Positions 16,218 through 24,977 are shown, counted from the stretch's first letter. The stretch is DNA of 36,843 nt from Candidatus Omnitrophota bacterium (GCA_023819605.1 JAMWCB010000002.1:1-36843), one strand, 5' to 3'. Notes: generated by a model from the letters alone, not told the origin. Translations and numbers: made by a program.

Positions 16218-18052
16218 GGCCGCTCTCCCTGCAACTGCTCGTCGGCTTTTTCCAGGCACGCCTCAAGCACCGCGGCAGCCCGCTGCACCCCCTGTTGCAG
16301 GGCGTAATCATGCTTCAAATCCGCCGCCAATGCCGCCGGATCCGGCGCCAGCCGCTCTTCGCGAGCGCGCACGCCGCCCTCGTGTTCGATGCCCATCATC
16401 GATTCCATGATAAATGGATGCATCATCCGCAACAGCAATTCTTCCCCGGATATCAGCCGCGATAAGGGTTTAACCTTTTCCCACAAACGCGCTACCTGCT
16501 GCCAGTCCGGCGCCGGCCGGCTGGTGAGCCGAAGCATCTCGTCGAATAATCCAATAATCTCTCCGGATGCGCGCCGCAGCCGCCCTACCAGATCCCGTAT
16601 CTGGGCTAAACCGGCACGCACCAGCGCGCGGTCGGCCGGCGCCGCCGCCTGCCGCAGCGCTTCTATCCGCTCCCGCACCGGCACCGGCTTCGCGCAGTAC
16701 GCTGCCACCGCTTCCGCCGCCGTCGCCGCTGTTGTGCCGCGAATGCCGGCGCCGCCTTCGGTCGCATTAATACAACGGCGCCGGCTGGCCGCAACCAGCT
16801 TCTCAAAATGCCGCAAATAAATATACATGTCCATGGACGTTTCGCAGGATTCGCCGGTCAATTCGCTGCGTACCTGCAATAACCTCCCGTTGTCGTAGCG
16901 GTCGCTCGGGCGACGGGAGCGCGTTCCGCCGGCATGCGTTACCCCGCCGGTAAACGCCAAATCCTGCCCGATAAAAATAATCGGCTCGCAGCCCATCGCC
17001 GTCGCCACGGCAAAGGCAAAATGCGCCACGGACAGCCCTTTATCCACAATACCTTTATCGCCGCATAACGAATTTATCCAAAACGGCAGCGGCGCGCTGG
17101 TCGCCGAAACAAACCGCGCACCGGTATAAGCTGTGACAACTGCCGGAGAAGCTTCCATATCGAAAAGCAAGGGAACCCGCTCGCTGTCCACGCCGGCGAA
17201 ATGCCGCGCGCTTTCCGCTTGATAATCCATGGTCAAAACAAAACTCGGCGCAATCCCGGCGCCGCGCACCCGCGGAAACGCCGTATCCGTGCAGAGCAAG
17301 ACCGCGCGCTCCGCGGCAGCGGGCAGTTCATGAATATTCTTATCCAAAGACGGGCCGGCGGAAATAATGAACGCCGGCACCGCCGCAAATGCCCCGCGCA
17401 ACGCGCGGATACCAGGGCTGCCGACAATCGCGGGTAAATTTCCGAAAACATTTTCCAACATGAGCTGACCGAGTTTGTTGACCGTCGCAACACTGGCCGC
17501 CGCCGTCCGCAAACTATCCAATACCCGCTGGCGGACTTCCGCAAAATACGCCGGCGCCGCCTGCACCGAGCCCGGATGTTCCAGTAGTACCGTCCGGCTG
17601 GCCATCAACGCCACCGCCCGACTGCTCAGACAATCCATTACTTCCAATGGTTCCATACCCACGCAAAAAATTATGTCCGGGTGCGCGAGAAAAGGCCGGA
17701 AATCGTTGAGCAGCAATGCCTGATGAAACAAATCCCAATCAGGCTCGATGACAACCACGGTGTTTAACGCGCAAGCCTGCCGAAACAACGCGGCCAGATG
17801 ATAGCCGAGGGCAAACCCCAAAACAATGACATTTTCCCGCGCTTGAATATTTTGCGCGCGCACAAACGCGGCGGCTTCCGCTGCCGGATCATAGGCGCTG
17901 TGCAAAAATTTTCCGTTTCGTTGTATCGTCGGTTTACCGCAGCGGCTGGCTTCGATCTTCAAGGCGGGAAGGCGGCGTGTTTGCAGGCGCTGCGCAAGCT
18001 GTTTATACCGCGCCTGCAGAACAGCGAGATTATCGGCAAAACAATCGGTCAT
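16214..18052 (-). CDS. maf: motility-associated factor (Maf, DUF115) glycosyltransferase family protein, second paralogue
   Basis: 612 aa. Same hallmarks as the first Maf: FLHSAYDPAAEAAAFV, SAGPSLDKNI, IIFIGQDLAFTGGVTHAGGT, CINATEGGAGI. Confidence 0.8.
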   Translation of the reverse strand: MTDCFADNLAVLQARYKQLAQRLQTRRLPALKIEASRCGKPTIQRNGKFLHSAYDPAAEAAAFVRAQNIQARENVIVLGFALGYHLAALFRQACALNTVVVIEPDWDLFHQALLLNDFRPFLAHPDIIFCVGMEPLEVMDCLSSRAVALMASRTVLLEHPGSVQAAPAYFAEVRQRVLDSLRTAAASVATVNKLGQLMLENVFGNLPAIVGSPGIRALRGAFAAVPAFIISAGPSLDKNIHELPAAAERAVLLCTDTAFPRVRGAGIAPSFVLTMDYQAESARHFAGVDSERVPLLFDMEASPAVVTAYTGARFVSATSAPLPFWINSLCGDKGIVDKGLSVAHFAFAVATAMGCEPIIFIGQDLAFTGGVTHAGGTRSRRPSDRYDNGRLLQVRSELTGESCETSMDMYIYLRHFEKLVAASRRRCINATEGGAGIRGTTAATAAEAVAAYCAKPVPVRERIEALRQAAAPADRALVRAGLAQIRDLVGRLRRASGEIIGLFDEMLRLTSRPAPDWQQVARLWEKVKPLSRLISGEELLLRMMHPFIMESMMGIEHEGGVRAREERLAPDPAALAADLKHDYALQQGVQRAAAVLEACLEKADEQLQGERP

Positions 18053-18066
18053 CGGTCAAAATCCGG

Positions 18067-18699
18067 TCAAATACCGTTTTTCTCCCGGGCCGTGAGCTCG
18101 GCGGTCAAGCTATCCACGACACCCCGGATTGTATCGGTCAGCGGAATCAATTCATAACGCAGCAAATCCTGCAAATACACGACATCCTGTTCCTGCACTG
18201 CTGTTTTTATTTGTGTAAAAATACCCGCCATGTCGTCGGAAACAGTATCAATGCTGCGTTCACCGACCATCAAACGGCTGAAATCCAGTCCGTACATCGC
18301 CCGGACATTTTCGAATAATCCGACAATCGTCCGCAATCCTTCCAAGTCGGCGATAAACGTATCGTACGCGCTTTCCTCGCCGCCTAACTGTAAAACATCA
18401 AGAAATTTTTCAATTTGCCCCTGGAACGCCCCCAGGTAATCCCGGCTGCGCGCCAGCGTGCTGATCGTCAAGCGAAACGGCGATTCGGTCAAAATTTCCA
18501 ACCGCTCCACCCCGTCTAATTTTTGACCGCGCCATTCCGTCTCGCGACCGACAACCATGCACGCGCCGTTAATACAAATATTACTGATGATTTTATTTTC
18601 CTTATCGACAATCGGCTTAAGCAACTCAATAAAATCCTCTACCGTAACCGAATTGCCCGGCGCAATATCCCGCTGCTGCCCATCAATTATCACTTTCAT
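18067..18699 (-). CDS. hypothetical protein of the Maf locus
   Basis: 210-aa ORF with an ATG start preceded by GGAGAGGAG. Its stop lies 14 nt before the Maf start. No recognisable motif. Confidence 0.7.
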   Translation of the reverse strand: MKVIIDGQQRDIAPGNSVTVEDFIELLKPIVDKENKIISNICINGACMVVGRETEWRGQKLDGVERLEILTESPFRLTISTLARSRDYLGAFQGQIEKFLDVLQLGGEESAYDTFIADLEGLRTIVGLFENVRAMYGLDFSRLMVGERSIDTVSDDMAGIFTQIKTAVQEQDVVYLQDLLRYELIPLTDTIRGVVDSLTAELTAREKNGI

Positions 18700-18857
18700 T
18701 GCCCGCTCCTCTCCTCTCTGCCGCTGCCGTTCTCCCGCGTTTTGTACCGTTCGTCTCGGATGCCCGCTGCCGGCGGGAATACCCCGCTGGTTACCGCGTA
18801 TACATTAGAGCGCGGCCGGGTGGACGAACATTTCACCCGCCTGATAAACTGTTCGGG

Positions 18858-20270
18858 TTAACACTGCAGGGCCGGCATCCGTTCTTCCCGCATCCGCAGG
18901 CACGCCTGGCACAGCGGATATTCCTCAACGGAAAAATCGATCAACGCGCGCTGAAGACGCGCGAGCGCCCGGCTCTGCCACAACGTATCGATGCCGCCGG
19001 CGACCGTACCGATGCTCATGCGCCCGTCGATATCGCAACAACACGGCGCCACGGTTCCATCCCATAACACGTTCATTTTTTCGAAAGGTTCCCGGCAGAG
19101 CGGTTCGGTCGCGAATTCCCCTGCCTCGGGGTGTCCATAGGTGTAGGTTTTCAAGCTTCCCTGCTCATCGAAAAATTCCGGATTGTAGTGACATTTTAAA
19201 GGAATCAGCCTGATCTCATCGACAAATTCGCGCAAGGGCGCTAAAAACCGCTGTACTGCCTGCGCGTATTCCGGCCGGGCAGCGGGAATAATCGTGGAAA
19301 TGTAGAGCTTCACCTGCTCGCGCAAACCCATGCTTTCCCGTTCGGCATGCAGCGAACGCAGGCCGGCATGCATGCGCGACCACGCGCTTCCGGCGCGCAG
19401 CACCGCATAAGAATCGGCGTCAAACCCGTCGATGGACAAACCAATCGCCGCCGGGGCAGCCGTTAAAAGTTTCCGCCGCACTGCCGGCCGCTCCAACAGC
19501 AGGCCGTTGGTCTGAATCCCGCTGATACACCCTTCCTGTTTTGCCCGCAGAACCAATTGATGAAACTTCGGATGCAGTAACGGCTCCCCTAAAAAAAATA
19601 ATTTTATTTCGCCGGCGCGGCGCTGTGTGAACGAAATATCCGAGAACTCCAAGTGAGCGAGGCGTAACGATACTGACCGGCTGCGCCAATGGCCGAAAAT
19701 ATCATCAAGCATCGCCACGGAAATAAAGCCCCGCTTGCGGCTCATATGTGTACGCGGGCACATGCGGCACTGGAGGTTGCAACAATTGGTCGGTTCAATC
19801 TGCAAAACGTACGGCGAATCCGGCATAATCGCTATCCGGCTGCCGTCACGACTGATCATCAAACGCTGGCGCAGCCGTTCCGCCTGCCGCATGACCAGCC
19901 GGTCTCCGGTTTGCGCGCCAAGCTCCAGCGCAAGCGCGGTTGCCTGCTCGAAAATATACGGCCGGGACGGCACATCGACACCATAGAGCAATTCCGCTAA
20001 TTGACCGCATTGCAGCGCTGCCTGGGCATTAAATGCCGCCTCCGCCGGTTGCTCTCGCCCCTGCGCCGCCCGTGCCTGCTGCAGCAACAAGAAAAAATGC
20101 GCAAATGCCTTCCGGTATTCTTTCCGCCACAGCCATGCAATGGCCGCACAATACCGCAACCGGCAATCAGCGGTATCGTCTTGCAGGAACAGTTCCGCTG
20201 CCTGCGCCGCGTCGGTAAATCTCTGCTGCCGCACTAATCCGGCCAGCACGCTTTTTTGACTAACATCCAT
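18858..20270 (-). CDS. TPR-like N-terminal domain fused to a radical SAM/SPASM domain protein
   Basis: Start moved to ATG 20270, which has AAGGAG 6 nt upstream. The helical N-terminus spans about 150 aa. The radical SAM motif is CCNLQCRMC (CxxxCxxC). The C-terminal SPASM-type Cys cluster is CREPF...GTVAPCCCDIDG...EYPLCQAC. Confidence 0.85.
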   Translation of the reverse strand: MDVSQKSVLAGLVRQQRFTDAAQAAELFLQDDTADCRLRYCAAIAWLWRKEYRKAFAHFFLLLQQARAAQGREQPAEAAFNAQAALQCGQLAELLYGVDVPSRPYIFEQATALALELGAQTGDRLVMRQAERLRQRLMISRDGSRIAIMPDSPYVLQIEPTNCCNLQCRMCPRTHMSRKRGFISVAMLDDIFGHWRSRSVSLRLAHLEFSDISFTQRRAGEIKLFFLGEPLLHPKFHQLVLRAKQEGCISGIQTNGLLLERPAVRRKLLTAAPAAIGLSIDGFDADSYAVLRAGSAWSRMHAGLRSLHAERESMGLREQVKLYISTIIPAARPEYAQAVQRFLAPLREFVDEIRLIPLKCHYNPEFFDEQGSLKTYTYGHPEAGEFATEPLCREPFEKMNVLWDGTVAPCCCDIDGRMSIGTVAGGIDTLWQSRALARLQRALIDFSVEEYPLCQACLRMREERMPALQC

Positions 20271-20309
20271 ATTTTTCTCCTTGCCATTACGTTTTAATTC
20301 ACAAAAAAT

Positions 20310-20325
20310 AGCAATTATTATGCCA
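20310..20325 (-). promoter_or_regulatory. sigma54 (-24/-12) promoter
   Basis: The minus strand reads TGGCAT-AATAA-TTGCT, against the consensus TGGCAC-N5-TTGCW. The GG and GC dinucleotides are correctly spaced. The element sits about 40 nt upstream of ATG 20270. Confidence 0.55.
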
Positions 20326-20514
20326 AACATTATTCAAACTACCGGAGAGAATTATTTCCCCTTTCACGACGGCATATTACCGTGCATCCGCTGCTTAGAC
20401 ATGATCGATGTGCCGGCCTTGATCATTTCCCGGCGGCATACCGGTAGGAAATTTTTTCTCAGGTGAACGATCTCAGGATACCCCGCGTGGCAAAATATGT
20501 TTCGATAAAGGTGC

Positions 20515-20544
20515 TTGCCGAGTATTTACGAACAATGCTATACT
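20515..20544 (+). promoter_or_regulatory. candidate sigma70 promoter of marC
   Basis: TTGCCG-18 nt-TATACT, about 70 nt upstream of ATG 20615. Confidence 0.35.
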
Positions 20545-20614
20545 GTTTATGTTTCGGAAACAGGCCAAGTAAAGCCGGCGGCAGGGGATCCCGTGCCCGG
20601 TTAGGGGAAAGACT

Positions 20615-21211
20615 ATGGCGGAAGCGCCGTCGATTTTTTGGAACTGCTTTGTCCCGCTGTTTGTCGCGGTTGATGCCATCGGAGTGTTGCCGATTTATTT
20701 AAATCTTACCGAAGGCATCCAGCCGCTGCGGCAAAATTCCATTGTGATTCAATCGGTAATAACCGCCTTGCTGGTTGCGGTGCTCTTTTTGCTCGGCGGG
20801 CAAAAAACATTGGCTTTGCTGGGAATCACGGTCGCCGACTTTATGATTGCCGGCGGGCTGGTGTTACTCATCATCGCCGTCAGCGACCTGCTCACCGGCA
20901 CTAAAGCCCAGCGAAAACTTGACGTGGCGACTATCGGCGCGGTGCCGATCGGAGTCCCCTTGATTACCGGCCCGGCGGTGCTGACCACCTGTGTTTTACT
21001 CATGAACCATTACGGTTTTATGCCCACCCTGATCGCCACGGTGCTGAACATCTGCATTGCCGGTATTATCTTCTGGTTCAGCCGGCCGATCAGCCGTTTC
21101 CTCGGCAGCTCCGGCATGCGGACGCTGTCCAAAATCGCCAGCCTGCTGCTGACTTCGATTGGGGTTATGATGGTACGCAAGGGAATCAGCGCGTTTATCC
21201 CCGCGGGGTAG
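20615..21211 (+). CDS. marC: MarC family (UPF0056) integral membrane protein
   Basis: 198 aa and polytopic. The N-terminal signature FVPLFVAVDAIGVLPIYLNLT is typical of MarC-family proteins. Confidence 0.8.
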   Translation: MAEAPSIFWNCFVPLFVAVDAIGVLPIYLNLTEGIQPLRQNSIVIQSVITALLVAVLFLLGGQKTLALLGITVADFMIAGGLVLLIIAVSDLLTGTKAQRKLDVATIGAVPIGVPLITGPAVLTTCVLLMNHYGFMPTLIATVLNICIAGIIFWFSRPISRFLGSSGMRTLSKIASLLLTSIGVMMVRKGISAFIPAG

Positions 21212-21223
21212 GCCGGAACCGCA

Positions 21224-21571
21224 TCAACCGCCGCCGGAAAAATCGTCTTCCAGCGCGGCGAATGCGTCGCGCAATTGCGCGAATAGCTGCGGGATGGCCG
21301 CCGGGTCGCTGCCATCTTTTGCCAAACGTTCAAGCGCAGCGGCCGGCTCGACCAACGCCTGCAGCCTTAAATTCGCGGCAGCGCCTTTAATGCTATGCAC
21401 GATCGTTCCGATCAGGGCAAGATTATTCGCGGCGAGAGCCGCCGCCGCCTGTGCCAATTGTTCACGCGTCTGCTGCCGAAACAACCCGATCAATTCCAGA
21501 TAAATATCCTCGCTGATACCCCCGAGCGCGGAGAGTATCGCTTGCCGCTGTAGTTTATCCCGATAATCCAT
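21224..21571 (-). CDS. Hpt domain phosphotransfer protein
   Basis: Start moved to ATG 21571, which has AAGGAG 6 nt upstream and overlaps the kinase stop as TGATG. The phospho-accepting motif is HSIKGAAANL. Confidence 0.8.
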   Translation of the reverse strand: MDYRDKLQRQAILSALGGISEDIYLELIGLFRQQTREQLAQAAAALAANNLALIGTIVHSIKGAAANLRLQALVEPAAALERLAKDGSDPAAIPQLFAQLRDAFAALEDDFSGGG

Positions 21572-24500
21572 CACGTCTCCTTCTGCGCGCCGCGCTGTCC
21601 CCATTGCCGGAATAACTTACGAATCTTCCCGGAATCAATCGGCTTGGTAATGTAATCGTCCATTCCTCCGGCAATCGCCGTTTCCCGGTCTTCCAAAGTA
21701 GCCGCTGCGGAAACCCCGACAATCGGCACCGGATTAGCCAATTCGGTGCGGATAATCCGCGTTGCCGCCAACCCGTCCATCTGCGGCATCTGCACATCCA
21801 TCAAAACAATATCATACCGGTTATAACGTATTTTTTCGATGGCCATGCCGCCGCTGTCGGCAATATCCGTAGCACAGCCGAAGCGCCGGATCAGCGCTTC
21901 CAGCAGTTTATAATTTATCGGGTTATCATCGACAATTAAAATGCGTAAATTCTTAAATTCTTCCGGATTATCGGCGGGATCACGGCTTGCCGGTTCACCG
22001 GCAAATAACGACTCCAACGTCTTAACCAGGTCGTTCTTAAAAATCGGTTTCGTCAAAAAAGCCGAGAATCCGTACTGCCGGGAAAGGAAGGCGGTACCGA
22101 TATTCGTGTCCTGGGTTGTCGCAATAATTTTCATTTTTTCCAACGCTAACTCGCTGCGCACGGCTCGGGCTAATTCATAACCGTCCATACCTTTCAGGAC
22201 AATATCGGACAACAGAATGTCCGGGGCGGAACTTTGCTGTTTCAGCCAGTCCAAAGCGCTCTCGGCATCGGGAAATGTCTCCGCGACAACCAATCCCTGC
22301 TCTTCGCAATATTGCTTCAACAAATCGCGCGCGGCCGGATGATCTTCAACAATAACCACGCGTTTGCCGACAAGACCGGCAGACACGGCTGCCGGCCCCT
22401 CCGGTTCGCCGGATTCCGCGTTATCCAAAAACAGCGTAAAAAAGAATTCACTGCCGACGCCCTCCTGGGACCGGAAGCCGATCGCGCCGCCCATCCGCTC
22501 GACCAACGATTTACAAATCGCCAATCCCAATCCTGACCCGCCGAAACGGCGCGCCGTCGAAGGATCCGCCTGCATAAACGGCTTAAATATGTACGGTTGC
22601 TTCGCTAACGGAATACCGATGCCGGTGTCGCGCACGAAAATTTCCATCCGCGTTTTTCCCTGTTCCGGCGCCGCCGCGGAAACACGCAGCCGAACTTCGC
22701 CCTGTTCGGTAAATTTCACGGCATTACTGAGTAAATTCAGGAGGACCTGCCGGAGGCGCGTCGGATCTCCGGTAAACCGGCGCGGCAGCGCATCGGCATA
22801 TTCACAAAAAAACTCGACGCTTTTACCCTGCAGGCGCGGCTTGATCATATTAAACGTCGATTCAATCAACTGATGCAAATCAAAATCAATATGTTCTAAA
22901 AGCAAATTTCCCGCTTCAATTTTCGAAAAATCAAGGATATCGTTGATGATGCCCAATAACAAATTACAGCCGTCAAGAATCGTTTGCATATATTTGCGCT
23001 GTACTTCATCGACCATCGTTCCGGCTAAAAGTTCCGCGTATCCGACGATGGAATTCATCGGCGTGCGAATCTCGTGCGACATACTGGCCAAAAACCGCGT
23101 TTTCATTTCACTTGCCTCTTCGGCAATACGGCGCGCCTCCTGCATCGCCGTTTCCGCCTGCTTGCGCGCTGAAATATCGCGCACAATGGCGATTGAATTC
23201 AGCAGCCGACCCTGCGCATCGCGCACGACGCTCAAGGAGATATCCACATCCAGCAAGCCGGTGCGCGTAAACATCTTTGTCTCCAAATGGTGCTGCATGC
23301 CTTTTTGCCGCACATTCTGCGCCCGGATTTTCTGCCATTCTTCCGCCGGATACAACGTTTGCACGGATCGCTGGCGCAAATCGACCTCGCTAAAACCGAG
23401 CATCGTTTCCGTATACGCATTCCAGGAAACCAATTGTTCATTCTCATCGGCAAGCATAATCGCCACCGCCGAATTTTCATAAATCGTTTTCAAGCGGTTT
23501 TGGGTCATCTGCAATTCTTCTTCCGCGCGCTTCTGCGCGGTGACGTCATCGTACATCATGACCAGGTCGCGCGAAGAAATTTTATACACATAGGTTTCCC
23601 GCCAACTCCAAATCCGGTGTTCCCGATAATATGTAAACGGATGCGTCTCGGGAATCCCGTTCATCCACACTCTGCGTAAAATCTCCACCAGCCCGACTTC
23701 ATGAAAGGATGGGAAAATTTCACCCAGCCGGCGCCCCAAAACTTCCGCGCGATTGCGCCGTTCGATCGTTTCCGCGGCGCGATTAAATTCCTTAATGACG
23801 AATTCCTGCCCATTGTCGGTCACGGTCAAGACCATAACCCCGCTGCGCATATGGTCGAACATTTCCCGAAAACGCTGCTCGCGCATACGCAAGTTTTCCG
23901 CATACCGATACCGCTGGTCTAAGACATAGAGGAATAAACCGCCGAGGCCGCTCAACAGCAGAATCATTACCGCGCCGAATCCCCAATACCAGTGCAGCGA
24001 AAACGGCGCGGCGACCATAACCAGTCCGCGCAGATCGCCGCCCAGCGGTTCGTGCCGGATCAGCGGCTGAAGAAACGCCGCGGGAGACACGTATTTGCAC
24101 AGGCGCGCGAGCGCGATTTTTTGCGCCGCATCCGGCGGCCAGGCAAGCGGCCACAACGATACGCCGGCCGCTCCCGCCGCGTTCGATTCCGCAATCGTGC
24201 CCTGCCGGTCGACGATAAAATAAAACATATCCGGCGACAGCCGCGCGTCGTGCAGTGAAAACGGCGTATACCCGCCGATCACCCCGCGGACATCACCCTG
24301 CGCGTCACGCAGCGGGCTTGCCGCAAGGCTTGCCGGCGTGCCGTTCTCGCTGAGCATAAACTCAGTGCCGTGTTCGCCGGCTAAAGCCCGCCGGACACCG
24401 CGCAGTTCTTTCAGCAACCGCTTCCCCGCAAAGGCGGCATGCTCCTCCGGAAAAAAACCGCGCACCTCCCCCTGCGCGTCAAGGACGAACCCGGCGCGTA

Positions 24501-24792
24501 TCCCCGTTGCCCGCGCATACTGCCGTAAAAAAGCGGCGGTTTCCGGCGGCAAGCCGGCTTCCGGAACCGCCCTCACCGCCGGCACCGCCGCTAAACCGCC
24601 GATCGCGGCGATAAGGCGTTGCTGTTGACTATATATCGCCGTCAGCACCTTTTCCCGCGCTGCGTCGACGCGCTCTTCAAATTCCACCCGGCCGTGCCGC
24701 ACCAGGCGCCCCAGAATCAGCCCCCCGAGCGCCACAACAATGGCGATACCGCCGGCGATCAGCTTAATTTTTTTATTTCTTTCCGGCATCAT
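21571..24792 (-). CDS. hybrid sensor histidine kinase (periplasmic sensor, PAS, HisKA, HATPase, two receiver domains)
   Basis: Start taken as ATG 24792, because the 24858 start lies inside a terminator hairpin. Two TM segments flank a sensor region of ~270 aa. H-box FLASMSHEIRTPMNSI. N and G boxes LLSNAVKFT, DTGIGI, GGSGLGLAI. Receiver domains VVIVEDHP...LLSDIVLKGMDG and ILIVDDNP...VLMDVQMPQMDG. Confidence 0.9.
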   Translation of the reverse strand: MMPERNKKIKLIAGGIAIVVALGGLILGRLVRHGRVEFEERVDAAREKVLTAIYSQQQRLIAAIGGLAAVPAVRAVPEAGLPPETAAFLRQYARATGIRAGFVLDAQGEVRGFFPEEHAAFAGKRLLKELRGVRRALAGEHGTEFMLSENGTPASLAASPLRDAQGDVRGVIGGYTPFSLHDARLSPDMFYFIVDRQGTIAESNAAGAAGVSLWPLAWPPDAAQKIALARLCKYVSPAAFLQPLIRHEPLGGDLRGLVMVAAPFSLHWYWGFGAVMILLLSGLGGLFLYVLDQRYRYAENLRMREQRFREMFDHMRSGVMVLTVTDNGQEFVIKEFNRAAETIERRNRAEVLGRRLGEIFPSFHEVGLVEILRRVWMNGIPETHPFTYYREHRIWSWRETYVYKISSRDLVMMYDDVTAQKRAEEELQMTQNRLKTIYENSAVAIMLADENEQLVSWNAYTETMLGFSEVDLRQRSVQTLYPAEEWQKIRAQNVRQKGMQHHLETKMFTRTGLLDVDISLSVVRDAQGRLLNSIAIVRDISARKQAETAMQEARRIAEEASEMKTRFLASMSHEIRTPMNSIVGYAELLAGTMVDEVQRKYMQTILDGCNLLLGIINDILDFSKIEAGNLLLEHIDFDLHQLIESTFNMIKPRLQGKSVEFFCEYADALPRRFTGDPTRLRQVLLNLLSNAVKFTEQGEVRLRVSAAAPEQGKTRMEIFVRDTGIGIPLAKQPYIFKPFMQADPSTARRFGGSGLGLAICKSLVERMGGAIGFRSQEGVGSEFFFTLFLDNAESGEPEGPAAVSAGLVGKRVVIVEDHPAARDLLKQYCEEQGLVVAETFPDAESALDWLKQQSSAPDILLSDIVLKGMDGYELARAVRSELALEKMKIIATTQDTNIGTAFLSRQYGFSAFLTKPIFKNDLVKTLESLFAGEPASRDPADNPEEFKNLRILIVDDNPINYKLLEALIRRFGCATDIADSGGMAIEKIRYNRYDIVLMDVQMPQMDGLAATRIIRTELANPVPIVGVSAAATLEDRETAIAGGMDDYITKPIDSGKIRKLFRQWGQRGAQKET

Positions 24793-24847
24793 CGTTTCAT
24801 TCCTTGTCCGTCCGGACGCGAAAAAAACTTTTTTCCGGAACACATCG

Positions 24848-24877
24848 AAAAAAAGCACCCGGGCGTCAAGCCCGGGC
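24848..24877 (-). terminator. intrinsic terminator between cheX and the hybrid kinase gene
   Basis: The minus strand has a stem CCCGGGC/GCCCGGG (7 bp plus a G-U pair), loop TTGAC, then GC and TTTTTTT. Confidence 0.6.
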
Positions 24878-24977
24878 TTCGCTTATATATACGGATAAAC
24901 GCACGTTCACCGCACGACACTCCAACGACAGACACCCTGTCCACACGCGCCCGGTTTCGGACGCTCCCGCGTAGCGG

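Noticed and set aside
20271-20679. Search for a RiPP precursor peptide next to the radical SAM/SPASM gene (ORFs 20281-20466 + and 20473-20679 -).
   Set aside because: Neither ORF has an SD. One overlaps the sigma54 promoter and the other overlaps the marC promoter and start. The sequences show no leader/core pattern or repeated Cys/Ser/Thr motif.
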